From: a virus
Lineage: Duplodnaviria; Caudoviricetes
Length of the DNA: 54,046 bases
Direction: 5' to 3' (one strand)
Virus record (IMG/VR): IMGVR_UViG_3300048597_000384
Span: 1 to 54,046 of that record
Every line of letters begins with the position of its first letter. Within the stretch, counting starts at the first letter, position 1. Positions 44,956-54,045 of this stretch are shown here, in pieces. The notes beneath the pieces were generated by a model that saw only the letters and a list, made by a program, of their open reading frames with translations, was not told where the DNA came from and did no database searches. Made by a program: the position numbers and the translations under genes.

Positions 44956-46289
44956 TGGCGATCTACTTCGTCGATCCCGCCGCCGCCGGCGCGAACAACG
45001 GGACCTCCTGGGCCAACGCCTGGACCGGCATGGCGACGGCGCGCGCCGCCTACACGACCCCGACGCCGGGCGACGAGTTCAAGGTCGCCTACACGCTCAA
45101 CGAGACGCTGGCGGCGGCCATGGCTTTCGCGCCCAACGGCTCGGGATCGAACCGCGGCATCCGCTTCACGTCGACCGATCCGGCGAATGATGCCTACCGC
45201 GCCGGTGCCAAGCTCGTCACCGCCGGCTACACCCTGGACCTGTTCGGCCTGGTCGAAGGCTTCACGCTCGACGGCTCGACGTCCGCGGCGCACCTGAACG
45301 TGCGGCCGGGCAACGGTGCCGAGTTCTTCGATTGCACCTTCGTCAAGCAGCCCGGCTACTCTTTTCAGATCGCCGGGACCAGCAATCAGCGGGGCGCGGT
45401 GCGCCAGTGCCTGTTCGACCAGGGCGCCGGCTACACGGCGCCGTGCTTCACGACGAACACCGGGTTCGTCGACCTCGAGCTGTTCAACTGCGTCATGGGC
45501 GGCACGATCGGCGCCACGGCTTCGCTGGTGGCGCAGACCACCAGCTCGGCGTCCGGCCGGTTCCGCTTCGTCAACTGCGACCTGCACGGCTTCACGTCGA
45601 TCCTGGACCAGGCCGCCGGCAGTGCCAACGGCACCCTCGACGTACGGATCGAAGGCGGCCTGGAGCCGGCGAGCTTCGAGGCCGAGGCGGGCAATGGCGA
45701 CCTGCTGCTGCGCAAGGGCTCGCGGCTGGTCATGATCGGCTCGGGCAACGGCACGCTGGCCGCACCGGTGACCAAGCGCACCTATTGGGAGCACTTCGGC
45801 AAGGCCGGGATCCAGTCCACGGTCTACCGCAGCGGCGGCGGCCATGACGGCACCACGCCGCAGGCCTGGGCGGTCTCGGCATGGGCCAACCGCACCTGGC
45901 CGCGCTCGCGGCACGGTATCATCGTGCCGGTCGTCTCGGGCGGCTGGGCGGCCAAGGACCGGGTGACCACGGCGCGCATCTTCTTCGCGCACAGCGGTGC
46001 GGCGCTTACCAATGACGATCTCAGCTTCCGGCCCTACACGCCGAGTAACGCCACGCCGCCGACGGCGCTGCTGTTCACGGCCAACGCCGGCGGCCTGCGC
46101 GGTGCCGCCGCTGCCGCCTACCCGACCGACGCGGCCTCGACCTGGGGCGGCGGGCCCACGGTCAAGCAGTACGCGGACGTCGAATTCACGCCCACGATCT
46201 CCGGCCCGGTGGCGGGCGAGGTGATGTTCCACCCGGGCGGGGCGTCGGATCGCACCATCTACCTCGACGCGCAGATCGTCCTGATCTGA
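44955..46289 (+). CDS. Putative beta-helix tailspike / depolymerase-like protein
   Basis: YFVDPAAAGANNGTSWANAW N-terminus; repeated F.DC.F / L.NC / F.NC rungs. Confidence 0.65.
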   Translation: MAIYFVDPAAAGANNGTSWANAWTGMATARAAYTTPTPGDEFKVAYTLNETLAAAMAFAPNGSGSNRGIRFTSTDPANDAYRAGAKLVTAGYTLDLFGLVEGFTLDGSTSAAHLNVRPGNGAEFFDCTFVKQPGYSFQIAGTSNQRGAVRQCLFDQGAGYTAPCFTTNTGFVDLELFNCVMGGTIGATASLVAQTTSSASGRFRFVNCDLHGFTSILDQAAGSANGTLDVRIEGGLEPASFEAEAGNGDLLLRKGSRLVMIGSGNGTLAAPVTKRTYWEHFGKAGIQSTVYRSGGGHDGTTPQAWAVSAWANRTWPRSRHGIIVPVVSGGWAAKDRVTTARIFFAHSGAALTNDDLSFRPYTPSNATPPTALLFTANAGGLRGAAAAAYPTDAASTWGGGPTVKQYADVEFTPTISGPVAGEVMFHPGGASDRTIYLDAQIVLI

Positions 46290-46302
46290 TGTCGCGGACG
46301 GC

Positions 46303-46452
46303 TCACCTGGTCAGCCGGATCGCGATCAGCAGCACCGCGAAGCCCAGCACCAGGCTGCCCAGCATGAGCGGCCAGTCGGCGGGGCTCAGCGAGAGCATCC
46401 CAACCTGAAATATCAGCGCAGCAGCAGCGAGCGCTATTGGTAGTTTCTGCAC
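46303..46452 (-). CDS. Small antisense 2-TM moron
   Basis: VQKLPIALAAAALIFQVGML...VLLIAIRLTR; GAGGG SD. Confidence 0.5.
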   Translation of the reverse strand: MQKLPIALAAAALIFQVGMLSLSPADWPLMLGSLVLGFAVLLIAIRLTR

Positions 46453-46512
46453 GGTTCCCTCGGCGCGGTTTCTTGGGGCGCCAGGGCGGAGCCTGGTCAT
46501 GAGGCGGCCGGG

Positions 46513-46938
46513 GTGGCGGAAAGTCAAGGCGTGAGGGCGTGCAAGCTCTGTGCGCGGATCGCCGACTGTTCGCCGCTGCTCGAGCTGTTTCTTTCCGGCT
46601 ACGCTTTGCTGTTCGCGGTGGTGCTGGTCCTGCATCCAAGCCTGATGGCGGAGAGCCGGGCCTGGTCCGAGATGCTGGTCTGGGCACCGCAATGGGCCTG
46701 GGCGGCGGCGTTCCTGGCGGTGGGCCTGCTCAAGGCCCTGGCGCTCCTGCTGGTCCGGCCGCGGCTGCAGCTCGCGGCCCTGGGTGCCGGCGTGGCGCTG
46801 TGGACCCTGGTGGCCTACGGCGTCGGCTTCCAGCCCGAAGCGCCCAGCTTCGCGCGCTACGTCTACGGCTACTACGCGTTCGGGTCGTGGGTGTGCGCCT
46901 GTGCCGTGGCCTGGCACATGGGTGCCCGGCATGTTTGA
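46513..46938 (+). CDS. Multi-TM membrane protein (holin candidate)
   Basis: About four hydrophobic helices at the end of the late operon. Confidence 0.6.
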   Translation: MAESQGVRACKLCARIADCSPLLELFLSGYALLFAVVLVLHPSLMAESRAWSEMLVWAPQWAWAAAFLAVGLLKALALLLVRPRLQLAALGAGVALWTLVAYGVGFQPEAPSFARYVYGYYAFGSWVCACAVAWHMGARHV

Positions 46939-47353
46939 GGCCTGGACGCTCGACAGCCTGTGGAAGGCCCTGGGCATCCTGGCGCTGTTCGCCGGGCCGA
47001 CGGTCACCTGGCTGATCGCGCGGTCGTCGCGGCAGTCGTCGATCGACGAGGCGCGCAACGTGGCCAACCGCGAGGCCTTCGAGATCGGGGCCAAGATGCG
47101 CGACGAGCTGCGCGTCGAGATGATCCGCCTGTCGACCGAGGTGAAGCGGCAGGAGAAGGAGATCGAGGGCCTGCAGGTGCAGCTCGGCGAGGCGAAGGAG
47201 ACGCTCGCCCGCGAGAGCGGCCACTGGGAGGCGTTCAAGGCGATGTGGTGCCCGAAGGCCGACTGCCCGGTGCTGCTGCGCCGCCAGCCGATCTGGGACG
47301 GCGTCGAGCGGCGCGAGCGCGATCCGGCGCCCCCGCGGCAGCCGCCACGCTGA
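46931..47353 (+). CDS. Single-TM coiled-coil protein (holin-associated candidate)
   Basis: LGILALFAGPTVTWLI then a heptad-rich helix and a CPKADCP motif. Confidence 0.6.
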   Translation: MFEAWTLDSLWKALGILALFAGPTVTWLIARSSRQSSIDEARNVANREAFEIGAKMRDELRVEMIRLSTEVKRQEKEIEGLQVQLGEAKETLARESGHWEAFKAMWCPKADCPVLLRRQPIWDGVERRERDPAPPRQPPR

Positions 47354-47483
47354 GGCCGCGCCCCGCCATGCACAGGACATGCAGGTGATCTGAGTCCGGC
47401 CCCGCGGCCGGTTCTCCGGCTGCTGCCCGCCCCGGTCGGCGATCGCTCGCCGGGCCCATCGGAGCCCAGATCCCAGACGGAAG

Positions 47484-48260
47484 ATGCCTGCAATGCTCAG
47501 GATCCTGCTGCTGCTGCTCGCGGCCATGGTCTTCGCCAATGCGGCCCAAGCCGCGAACGTGACCCTCCTCTTCGTCTACAGCCCGGGCGCTCGCGACAAG
47601 ATGAACGCCTATGCCGGCAGCGTCTCGCAGTGGACGAAGCTGGCGCTCGAGCAGCTGAACCGGGCGCACTCGATCAGCAACACCGGCCAGACCGTCTCGC
47701 TCTCGCAGAACGCCGCCGGCACTTGGTCGAGGAAGCTGCTCACCAACTACGTCAAGGCGCCGGCCGGCGCTCCGCAAGGTGACAGCCTCGGTAATGATCT
47801 CGTGCGTCTCCAGGCCGATGGCGACGGCTACATGGACAAGGTCCACGAGTGGCGCGACGAATACGCTGCCGACGTGGTGATCGGCGTCTTCGACTACAGC
47901 CCCGGCGAGTTCAACACCGGGCAGGCCTGGGTCCAGGGTACGGACTTCGCCGACGAGGCCTTCCTGGTGGTCGACGTCGACCGGGCGATCGCCATCGGCG
48001 ATCTGATCCTCGGGCACGAGATGGGGCACCTGTACGGCTGCGCGCACGAGAGCGCCGCGATCAGCTCGCGTGGCTATTGCGAGCCGGGCAACCAGTGGCA
48101 CGATCTTATGGCGATCAGCTGCCCGAACGTGTTCTCGACCCGGCTGAACTTCTGGTCGGCCAACATCTCGATCGTCGGCCGGGGGATGATCGGCGACTTC
48201 ACACACAACTGTGCGGCCGCGATCCCCTACTTCTCCAACCGCATGAGCACGTTCCGCTAG
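47484..48260 (+). CDS. Secreted metzincin zinc metalloprotease (reprolysin-like) moron
   Basis: Signal peptide (AQA); HEMGHLYGCAH equals HExxHxxGxxH; Met-turn DLMA. Confidence 0.85.
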   Translation: MPAMLRILLLLLAAMVFANAAQAANVTLLFVYSPGARDKMNAYAGSVSQWTKLALEQLNRAHSISNTGQTVSLSQNAAGTWSRKLLTNYVKAPAGAPQGDSLGNDLVRLQADGDGYMDKVHEWRDEYAADVVIGVFDYSPGEFNTGQAWVQGTDFADEAFLVVDVDRAIAIGDLILGHEMGHLYGCAHESAAISSRGYCEPGNQWHDLMAISCPNVFSTRLNFWSANISIVGRGMIGDFTHNCAAAIPYFSNRMSTFR

Positions 48261-48384
48261 CCCTGCCGGGCTGTGCCGCCGGCCGCTCCGCTGCCGGCGT
48301 CGCTCCGTTCGCCTGATGCGTTAGACGCGCTGCCGGAAAGTCAGGGATCGCCTGGGTTTCGGGCTTCCGGCCGCGATCTCTGCC

Positions 48385-48427
48385 CGGTTTTCAAGACCGC
48401 TGCCATCGACCACTCGGCCACCCATCC
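48385..48427 (-). repeat. att site (right junction): orphaned 5' half of tRNA-Ser
   Basis: GGATGGGTGGCCGAGTGGTCGATGGCAGCGGTCTTGAAAACCG; identity stops within the 3' strand of the anticodon stem. Confidence 0.93.
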
Positions 48428-48441
48428 GTCCCGGCCGACCT

Positions 48442-48469
48442 GAGATAGCATGGCTGCATCTCTCCGCAA
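48442..48469 (-). promoter_or_regulatory. Putative original host tRNA promoter
   Basis: TTGCGG - 16 nt - TATCTC with TGn extended -10, 14 nt upstream of the tRNA fragment. Confidence 0.55.
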
Positions 48470-48698
48470 GCCGGGCAGGTCGGCGCTGATGCCGGACGGA
48501 CCTGTCCGCCTTGCGGAGCCGGAGCATCAGACAGCGGAACTCTACGTCGATGGTGGTAGCCTTAAGCAAGTGGTGCGATGCTCGGGATCGCGCCGTCGAC
48601 TGTGCGGACCCGCCTGAGCGCGATCTGCCGCAAGCCCAGGGTGACGGCCCGGATCGGGCTGCGCCCAGCGCGCCGTCCTTACCTCGACTCCCTCCCGC

Positions 48699-50258
48699 TC
48701 AGGGCTGGAAGCCTGTCTGGGCGCGCCACTGGCCTGTATGGCGCCAGTCCCATCGTGGCAGGGCGGGGGGGCTCGGTCCGAGGCGGACTGGCTGCGCCAG
48801 GATACTGCCGCTGACGGCGTCCAGGCCGTCGTCGCGGCCGCGGCCGCCTGGCAGCCATTCGCGCATCTCGCGGATGAACGGCGTTTCCCAGACCGAGGCG
48901 TGGGCGCGCAGGGCACGGGCGGCAAGGATCGGGTCGAACGCGTTCAGGATGCGCGTGTCCTTGGCCGTGACGCTCACCTGCTCGCTGACCGTGATCGCGA
49001 GGTGCCGGGCCGCGAGTTCGCGGCGCAGCAGTGTCGGCAGGTAGCGGCCCAGGCCGTTGGTCTCGATCGCGATCGCCGGCTGGTGCTGCGCGCGCAGGAA
49101 GGCGATCACCTGCCGGCACAGCTGGGCGGCCTCGTCCTCGACGGCAAGACCGCTCTCGTCGACGCGCAGGTACTGGATGCCGTGGAGCCAGTAGCCCCCG
49201 CTGTCGTCGGTGAACACGGCGGCGACCACGCTGGCGTCGCCCCGGGTCGGCCGGGCCATCGCTGGATCCCACCAGCACGTAGCCCCGACCATCCGCCGCC
49301 CCTCGATAGTGAGGATCGGCTCGCCATTGACCTCGCGCAGGTCGAGCCGGCCCTCGTAGCGCACCAGCCGGTCCGGATCGAGGCGGACGTCCTGGGTGTG
49401 GCCGGGCGTCAGCATCATCTGGCTGCGGAAGCGGTTGGGGCCGGTGTCGCGCTGGATGTCGGCCACCGCCTCGCCGCCGAAGCGGTCCGGCCAGACACCG
49501 TCCAGCGCCTTGTCGACCAGCGGAATGTTCATCCTGGTGTAGCTGGCGAGGAAGGGCACCGCCTCGTCGAGCTCGGGCCGGGGCTCGTCGGCGTAGATCG
49601 AGTAGTAGCTGTGCGGCGTGCCGATGTAGAGCTGGGTGCCGTCGGGCACCAGGACGAACGAGGCCTCGCGCAGGCGTTCGCGCAGCTCCATGCGCTTGTG
49701 GTGGGTGCCGGCGGTGTTGGGCACCTCGACATCGTCGCAGATGATGATGTCGGCGCGGCAGCCGGTGATGTTCGCACCGATGCCACGGGCCATGAGCGAG
49801 GGGTCGCGATGCGCGGCCTCGCGCGCGACGGTGAACTGTGCCGCCGCCCACTCCTCACGCCGCCTGGGCAGAAGATGTCGGGTCAGCTTGTTGCGCTCCA
49901 GCACCCGGCGGACATTGCGGGTCATGCGCGTGGCGAGGCCGGCCTCGGCCGACAGGACGAGCAGGCGCAGGTTCGGGTCCTGGCCCAGGAGCCAGGCACA
50001 GAACAGGCCGACCAGCGTGGACTTGCCCGCGTCGCGGAACACCATCAGCAGGAGCCGTCGGTCGCCGGCGGCCCAGCGCTCGTCGAGCCAGCGCGACATG
50101 CGCAAGTGCACGTCGGGGGTCTCGCGGCCCTGCTGCAGGTTCCAGGCGGTGACGAAGCTGGAAAAGGGCAGCCCGGCCAGAGGCCCGCGACAGGGTCGGG
50201 CCGGTGCTGCGGACGATGCCCGCGCGCCGGCCTCAAGACTGCCTTCGTCAGCGTTCAA
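48699..50258 (-). CDS. terL: Terminase large subunit, T7 gp19-like
   Basis: VFRDAGKST Walker A, ITGCRADIIICDDVE, WDPA, IETNG, RDDGLDA. Confidence 0.9.
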   Translation of the reverse strand: MNADEGSLEAGARASSAAPARPCRGPLAGLPFSSFVTAWNLQQGRETPDVHLRMSRWLDERWAAGDRRLLLMVFRDAGKSTLVGLFCAWLLGQDPNLRLLVLSAEAGLATRMTRNVRRVLERNKLTRHLLPRRREEWAAAQFTVAREAAHRDPSLMARGIGANITGCRADIIICDDVEVPNTAGTHHKRMELRERLREASFVLVPDGTQLYIGTPHSYYSIYADEPRPELDEAVPFLASYTRMNIPLVDKALDGVWPDRFGGEAVADIQRDTGPNRFRSQMMLTPGHTQDVRLDPDRLVRYEGRLDLREVNGEPILTIEGRRMVGATCWWDPAMARPTRGDASVVAAVFTDDSGGYWLHGIQYLRVDESGLAVEDEAAQLCRQVIAFLRAQHQPAIAIETNGLGRYLPTLLRRELAARHLAITVSEQVSVTAKDTRILNAFDPILAARALRAHASVWETPFIREMREWLPGGRGRDDGLDAVSGSILAQPVRLGPSPPALPRWDWRHTGQWRAQTGFQP

Positions 50259-50692
50259 TCGAGCAGGCTCCGCCCCGACCGCGACGAGCCTGCGAACCGG
50301 CTGCCGAGCCTCACGGAGCGGCCGGCGAAGTCGAGCAGGCTGCGCTGACTGCGGTTGTCGAAGGTGTTGCGGATGTCCTCGATCTCGAGGTTCGATTCTT
50401 GCCGGCGCGCCTGCTCGCGCAGGCGGCTCTCCTGCACCAGCCCGGCCAGGATCGCGTCGGCCGAGCCGCCGCTGGAGCCCACGCCGGCCCCGCCCGCGCG
50501 GGCGCGCTCCTCCGCCAGGCGGCGGCGCAATGCCTGCTCCTGCTGCCGCCCCTCCTCGGCGTCACCGATCCTGATCGCCTGGATCTGGCGGTCGCGCTCG
50601 CGGCGCAGATCCTTGGCCTCGTTGGCCTGCGCGCGCTGGTTCAGGGCCAGATTGAGGCCCAACGTGGCCAGGCTGTTCAACGCACCCATCAC
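50255..50692 (-). CDS. Helical virion protein (internal-virion-protein-like)
   Basis: Coiled coil with RARAGGAGVGSSGGSADAIL motif, after tail tubular B. Confidence 0.6.
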   Translation of the reverse strand: MMGALNSLATLGLNLALNQRAQANEAKDLRRERDRQIQAIRIGDAEEGRQQEQALRRRLAEERARAGGAGVGSSGGSADAILAGLVQESRLREQARRQESNLEIEDIRNTFDNRSQRSLLDFAGRSVRLGSRFAGSSRSGRSLLD

Positions 50693-52611
50693 ATGTTCCC
50701 CATGATCTCGGAGGTGACCGAAAGGATGGTGCAGGCGGCCGGGTCGTCCTGGCGGACGCGCCAGGGCGGCTCGGCACTGCCGCGGCGCCAGCCGGAGGCC
50801 CGCAGCTCGGCCTCGCCGGAGTACCGCCTGGCGGCATCGCCTGCACCCAGCGGCAGGGCGTGGAGGCCGCTGCCGGCATCGGCCCGCAGGGCGCCGGTCT
50901 CGTGCAGGCGGAAGACGATCCGGACCGGCCGGTAGGGTCGATCCAGGCTCACGCCCGAACCGCCCGGGACCGCGAGGCTCATCGGCTCGACCTCGTGCGC
51001 GAAGGGCGCGCCGATGGTGACGGACGTGGCGGTGGCGAGAGCGGTCACGGCACCGGCTGCCACCACGGCGCGATGCGCCGGGCCCGGACCCTCCAGAATG
51101 ACCTCGCGCCCTTCCAGATGCTGCAGCCCGCCCCAGGCGATCGTCGGCGTGGGACTGGCGAGCGTCACCGTATGGTCGGTCGTCAGCGCTTCCTCGAAGC
51201 GCTCCAGCAGGATCTGCCCGCCGAGGTCGACCAGGAAATGCGGCTGGCCGTCGTGGATGGCGACCGACCGGAACAGACCGGTGCTCTCGAGCAGGCTCCA
51301 GGCCACGACGTTGCTGTTGCGGTCGAGCGCCACCGTCGCGAGCGTGCCGTCCGCCCGCACGAGCAGGAGCCAGCGCCGCCGCCGGTCGAAGCGCAGGGCC
51401 GTGGGCTCTACCATGAGGTGGCGCGACAGCAGCGCGATGTCAGCCGCCTGGTAGGCCTGTTCGCTCTCGGCGTAGAGGAACTCGCGCAGCTCGCGGCCCG
51501 AGGCGCCCACGAACAGGGCGGCACCGTCGACCTCCACCGGGTCGAGCCGCCGCGTCGCCCAGGAGCCTATCCGGGTCTGCAGCTCGACCGACACGCTTTC
51601 CGCGGTGATCGGCGCGCCGCGCACCACCCACTCGCCGCTGGTGGTGAACACCTGCAGGAGCCTGCCCGGCAGGAGGCCGCGGATCGCGTGCTGCTCGTCG
51701 CCGGCAAGGCGGAAGCTGATCGCCTCGTCGGGAAGTCCTTCGCCGGGGTCGAAGTTGAACGGGTGGCCGGTCCTGGAGAACCACAGGCGGTCCGGTACGT
51801 CGCGCGAGCCGCCGATCACCAGCCGCTCCTGGTGGACCGCGACGCAGGCGGGCCAGCCGCGCGCTTCGCTGAACGCCTGCTCCTGCCAGTCGCGGGTGGG
51901 CTTGCCGTCCTTCAGCTTCTGCAGGGCCACGCCGAACGCGCGCTGCCGGTCGACCGGGTCGGGATTGACGATCCGGATGTGCTTGCCCTTGACCGTGATC
52001 ACCGAGTCGATGTGGTCGGGCGTGAACACGGGCTCGCTGGTCAGCAGCGAGACGAAGCTGCCGGCGGCGATCTCGCCGGCAGCACCGTCGTTCACCTGGA
52101 TCGCGATCTCCGGCCGGACGAAGCGGGCGAACGGGAACAGGCTGCGGGCCTCGCCGTCCTCGTCCAAGGACTGCTCGTACTGCCAGTCCCGCAGCAGCCA
52201 GCCGGACACGCCGTCGCGGATAAGCTCCTTGGGCGGTACCGCCGGATGGCATAGCAGGAGGCGGTCGCCCCAGCGCGCGATGCTCAGGTCCGGCAACTCG
52301 GCCGGTCCCCAGAGGGTGTCGGTGACGGCGTGGACCACGACTCCGCCGCGCAGGATGTCGAGCCGGTAGGAACCAAAGGCCAGGAGCTCGCCGCCCCCCG
52401 AGCCCTCGAAGGTGGCGAGGCGCAGCGCCCCGGGTAGCGACGCGACCAAGCGCAGGCCGGGCCGGCGGCTCACGCCTCCGGAGGGATGAACGACTACGTT
52501 GCGAAGCCTGGCCGCGCCGTCCTCCTGGGCCTTGAGGTCGAGCCGGCCGCGCAGCAGCGGATCGAGCTCGCCCGATGTGAAGCTGGTCTTGGTGACGAAG
52601 GCGCGGGTCAT
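50689..52611 (-). CDS. Tail tubular protein B / nozzle-like
   Basis: TSFTSGELDP..GR.D, RNV..P.GGV.RRPG, GWP..V..HQERL, FTTSGEW. Confidence 0.85.
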   Translation of the reverse strand: MTRAFVTKTSFTSGELDPLLRGRLDLKAQEDGAARLRNVVVHPSGGVSRRPGLRLVASLPGALRLATFEGSGGGELLAFGSYRLDILRGGVVVHAVTDTLWGPAELPDLSIARWGDRLLLCHPAVPPKELIRDGVSGWLLRDWQYEQSLDEDGEARSLFPFARFVRPEIAIQVNDGAAGEIAAGSFVSLLTSEPVFTPDHIDSVITVKGKHIRIVNPDPVDRQRAFGVALQKLKDGKPTRDWQEQAFSEARGWPACVAVHQERLVIGGSRDVPDRLWFSRTGHPFNFDPGEGLPDEAISFRLAGDEQHAIRGLLPGRLLQVFTTSGEWVVRGAPITAESVSVELQTRIGSWATRRLDPVEVDGAALFVGASGRELREFLYAESEQAYQAADIALLSRHLMVEPTALRFDRRRRWLLLVRADGTLATVALDRNSNVVAWSLLESTGLFRSVAIHDGQPHFLVDLGGQILLERFEEALTTDHTVTLASPTPTIAWGGLQHLEGREVILEGPGPAHRAVVAAGAVTALATATSVTIGAPFAHEVEPMSLAVPGGSGVSLDRPYRPVRIVFRLHETGALRADAGSGLHALPLGAGDAARRYSGEAELRASGWRRGSAEPPWRVRQDDPAACTILSVTSEIMGNM

Positions 52612-53180
52612 GCCAGGCGCGCCTCGATGAGCGTGAAATCGTCAAAGGCGCGCGGCGTGGTCTGCTGGCTGTCGATCAGCCGGGCGCCGCGCAGCTCGGC
52701 TTCGGCCAGGCGGTAGAGGTCCATGGCCCGGCTCGAGCCCTCGGTTAGTGGGATGCAGAACTCCGCGGCGAGGCGGGTAACCAGCAGCGGCACGAAGAAG
52801 GGTGGCAGATCGGCCTCGGGCACGCGCCGCTGGTAGTTCAGCACGATCTCCTGGGCGTCGCAGAGGATCTGGCCGGCCTGCACCCGGTAGGCGGTGCCGC
52901 GGCTGCGGCCGCCCGTGCCCACCGAGATGGTGCGCAAATGGTCCTCGGGCAGCGCGAAGGCGTGGACGAAGTCGGCCACCGGTGCGGCCGCATCGGGCGC
53001 CAGCGTCACCTGGGCCAGCGTGAACGACCAGGGATGCACGCCCAAGAGCAGGTCACGCGCGATCGGGTAGAGCCGGCGGGCGCAGGCGGCCTCCGCCGTG
53101 TCCTCCTCGAACGCGGCGAAGGGGCGAGCGCCGATCTTCACCAGGGCCGCGGCGCAGAGCTCGACGGCGGACATCGGCAT
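52608..53180 (-). CDS. Tail tubular protein A / adaptor-like
   Basis: VELCAAALVKIGA..HPWSF..FALPED.LR..RLAAE. Confidence 0.85.
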   Translation of the reverse strand: MPMSAVELCAAALVKIGARPFAAFEEDTAEAACARRLYPIARDLLLGVHPWSFTLAQVTLAPDAAAPVADFVHAFALPEDHLRTISVGTGGRSRGTAYRVQAGQILCDAQEIVLNYQRRVPEADLPPFFVPLLVTRLAAEFCIPLTEGSSRAMDLYRLAEAELRGARLIDSQQTTPRAFDDFTLIEARLA

Positions 53181-53213
53181 GATCGTACTCCGGGCAGGCA
53201 GCTGGGTTCGGGA

Positions 53214-53576
53214 TCAGGCGACCTGGCCGACATGCTGGCGCAGCGTGCGCCAGAGGTCGGCCGGGCGCGTCGGCAGGAGGGCCAGGAGGCAGCCGGCCTG
53301 GCCGAAGGCGATCAGGATCGGCCGGCCGGGCTGGACGAACAGCGCGACGCCGTCGGGGGTGGAGGGCAGGGCCTCACCGCCGCGCTCGCCCCACAGCGAG
53401 AGGAACGGGATGAGCTCGCCCGCGGCATAGTCGAAGCGATGGGTCTCCGGCAGGCGCGCCGCGAGTTGGGCGACGCTCAGGCCCGGACAGCCGATCGCGG
53501 GGGTGGCGGTGAGGCTGGTGGCGAGGAACAGGCCGCGCACCAGGGCGCGGCGCCAGATGCGCATCCGGACCGGCAT
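53214..53576 (-). CDS. Hypothetical exported protein
   Basis: GGAG SD, signal-peptide-like N-terminus, two Cys. Confidence 0.6.
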   Translation of the reverse strand: MPVRMRIWRRALVRGLFLATSLTATPAIGCPGLSVAQLAARLPETHRFDYAAGELIPFLSLWGERGGEALPSTPDGVALFVQPGRPILIAFGQAGCLLALLPTRPADLWRTLRQHVGQVA

Positions 53577-53598
53577 CGCTATCGCTCCAGGAGAAGGT

Positions 53599-53629
53599 GC
53601 CGCCGCCGGGCGACAGGCCCGGCGGCGGC
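53599..53629 (-). terminator. 13-bp stem hairpin after the capsid-proximal gene
   Basis: GCCGCCGCCGGGC-GACAG-GCCCGGCGGCGGC followed on the minus strand by ACCTTCT. Confidence 0.6.
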
Positions 53630-53635
53630 GAGAGG

Positions 53636-53905
53636 TCAGTCGTTGTTGACCGCGCCGTAGGTGGTCACGTTGGTCACATCGACCACGCCGCCTGCATTGG
53701 CGACCACGACCGCCACGCCGTGGGTCGGCGTGCTGTCGATACCGGCATTGAGCAGCACGAAGTCCCCGACCCGGACCATCCGGCTCGCCGGGTTGAAGTA
53801 CCCGGCATTGTCGACCTGGGCAGCGAGGTCGGTGGTCCGGTAGTGCCAGAGGGTAAAGCCGTTGGCGTAGCCCAGGGCACTCAGGTTCTTGGGATCGTAC
53901 GCCAT
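53636..53905 (-). CDS. Small capsid-associated protein (possible decoration protein)
   Basis: MAYDPKNLSALGYANGFTLWHYRT...GYFN; GGAGG SD inside the end of the capsid gene. Confidence 0.75.
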   Translation of the reverse strand: MAYDPKNLSALGYANGFTLWHYRTTDLAAQVDNAGYFNPASRMVRVGDFVLLNAGIDSTPTHGVAVVVANAGGVVDVTNVTTYGAVNND

Positions 53906-53907
53906 GA

Positions 53908-54045
53908 TCAGGCCTCCAGGCAGGGCAGCTTGACGACGCCGGCGGGGTCGATCAGCCCGGCGCCCTGGGACATCGAGTTGGCGACGAAGTGTGCCGCGCG
54001 GTCGCCGTGCCAGGTCACGTCGCTGGTGATCTCCTGGCCGATCGC
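53908..54045 (-). CDS. C-terminus of a podovirus-type major capsid protein (partial)
   Basis: AIGQEITSDVTWHGDRAAHFVANSMSQGAGLIDPAGVVKLPCLEA*; position ahead of tail tubular A/B. Confidence 0.7.
   Translation of the reverse strand, partial: AIGQEITSDVTWHGDRAAHFVANSMSQGAGLIDPAGVVKLPCLEA

Larger units (their letters stand above)
685..48427. mobile_element. Lambda-like temperate siphovirus prophage, about 47.7 kb, integrated in tRNA-Ser
   Basis: Flanking direct repeats, tyrosine integrase, cI/cro, replication, cos, GpA terminase, lambda-type portal/S49/decoration/capsid, tail, tape measure and TipJ in canonical order. Confidence 0.95.

Noticed and set aside
48385-48427. Second complete tRNA-Ser
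   Set aside because: Only the 5' 43 nt are present; no variable arm, T-arm or 3' acceptor strand.
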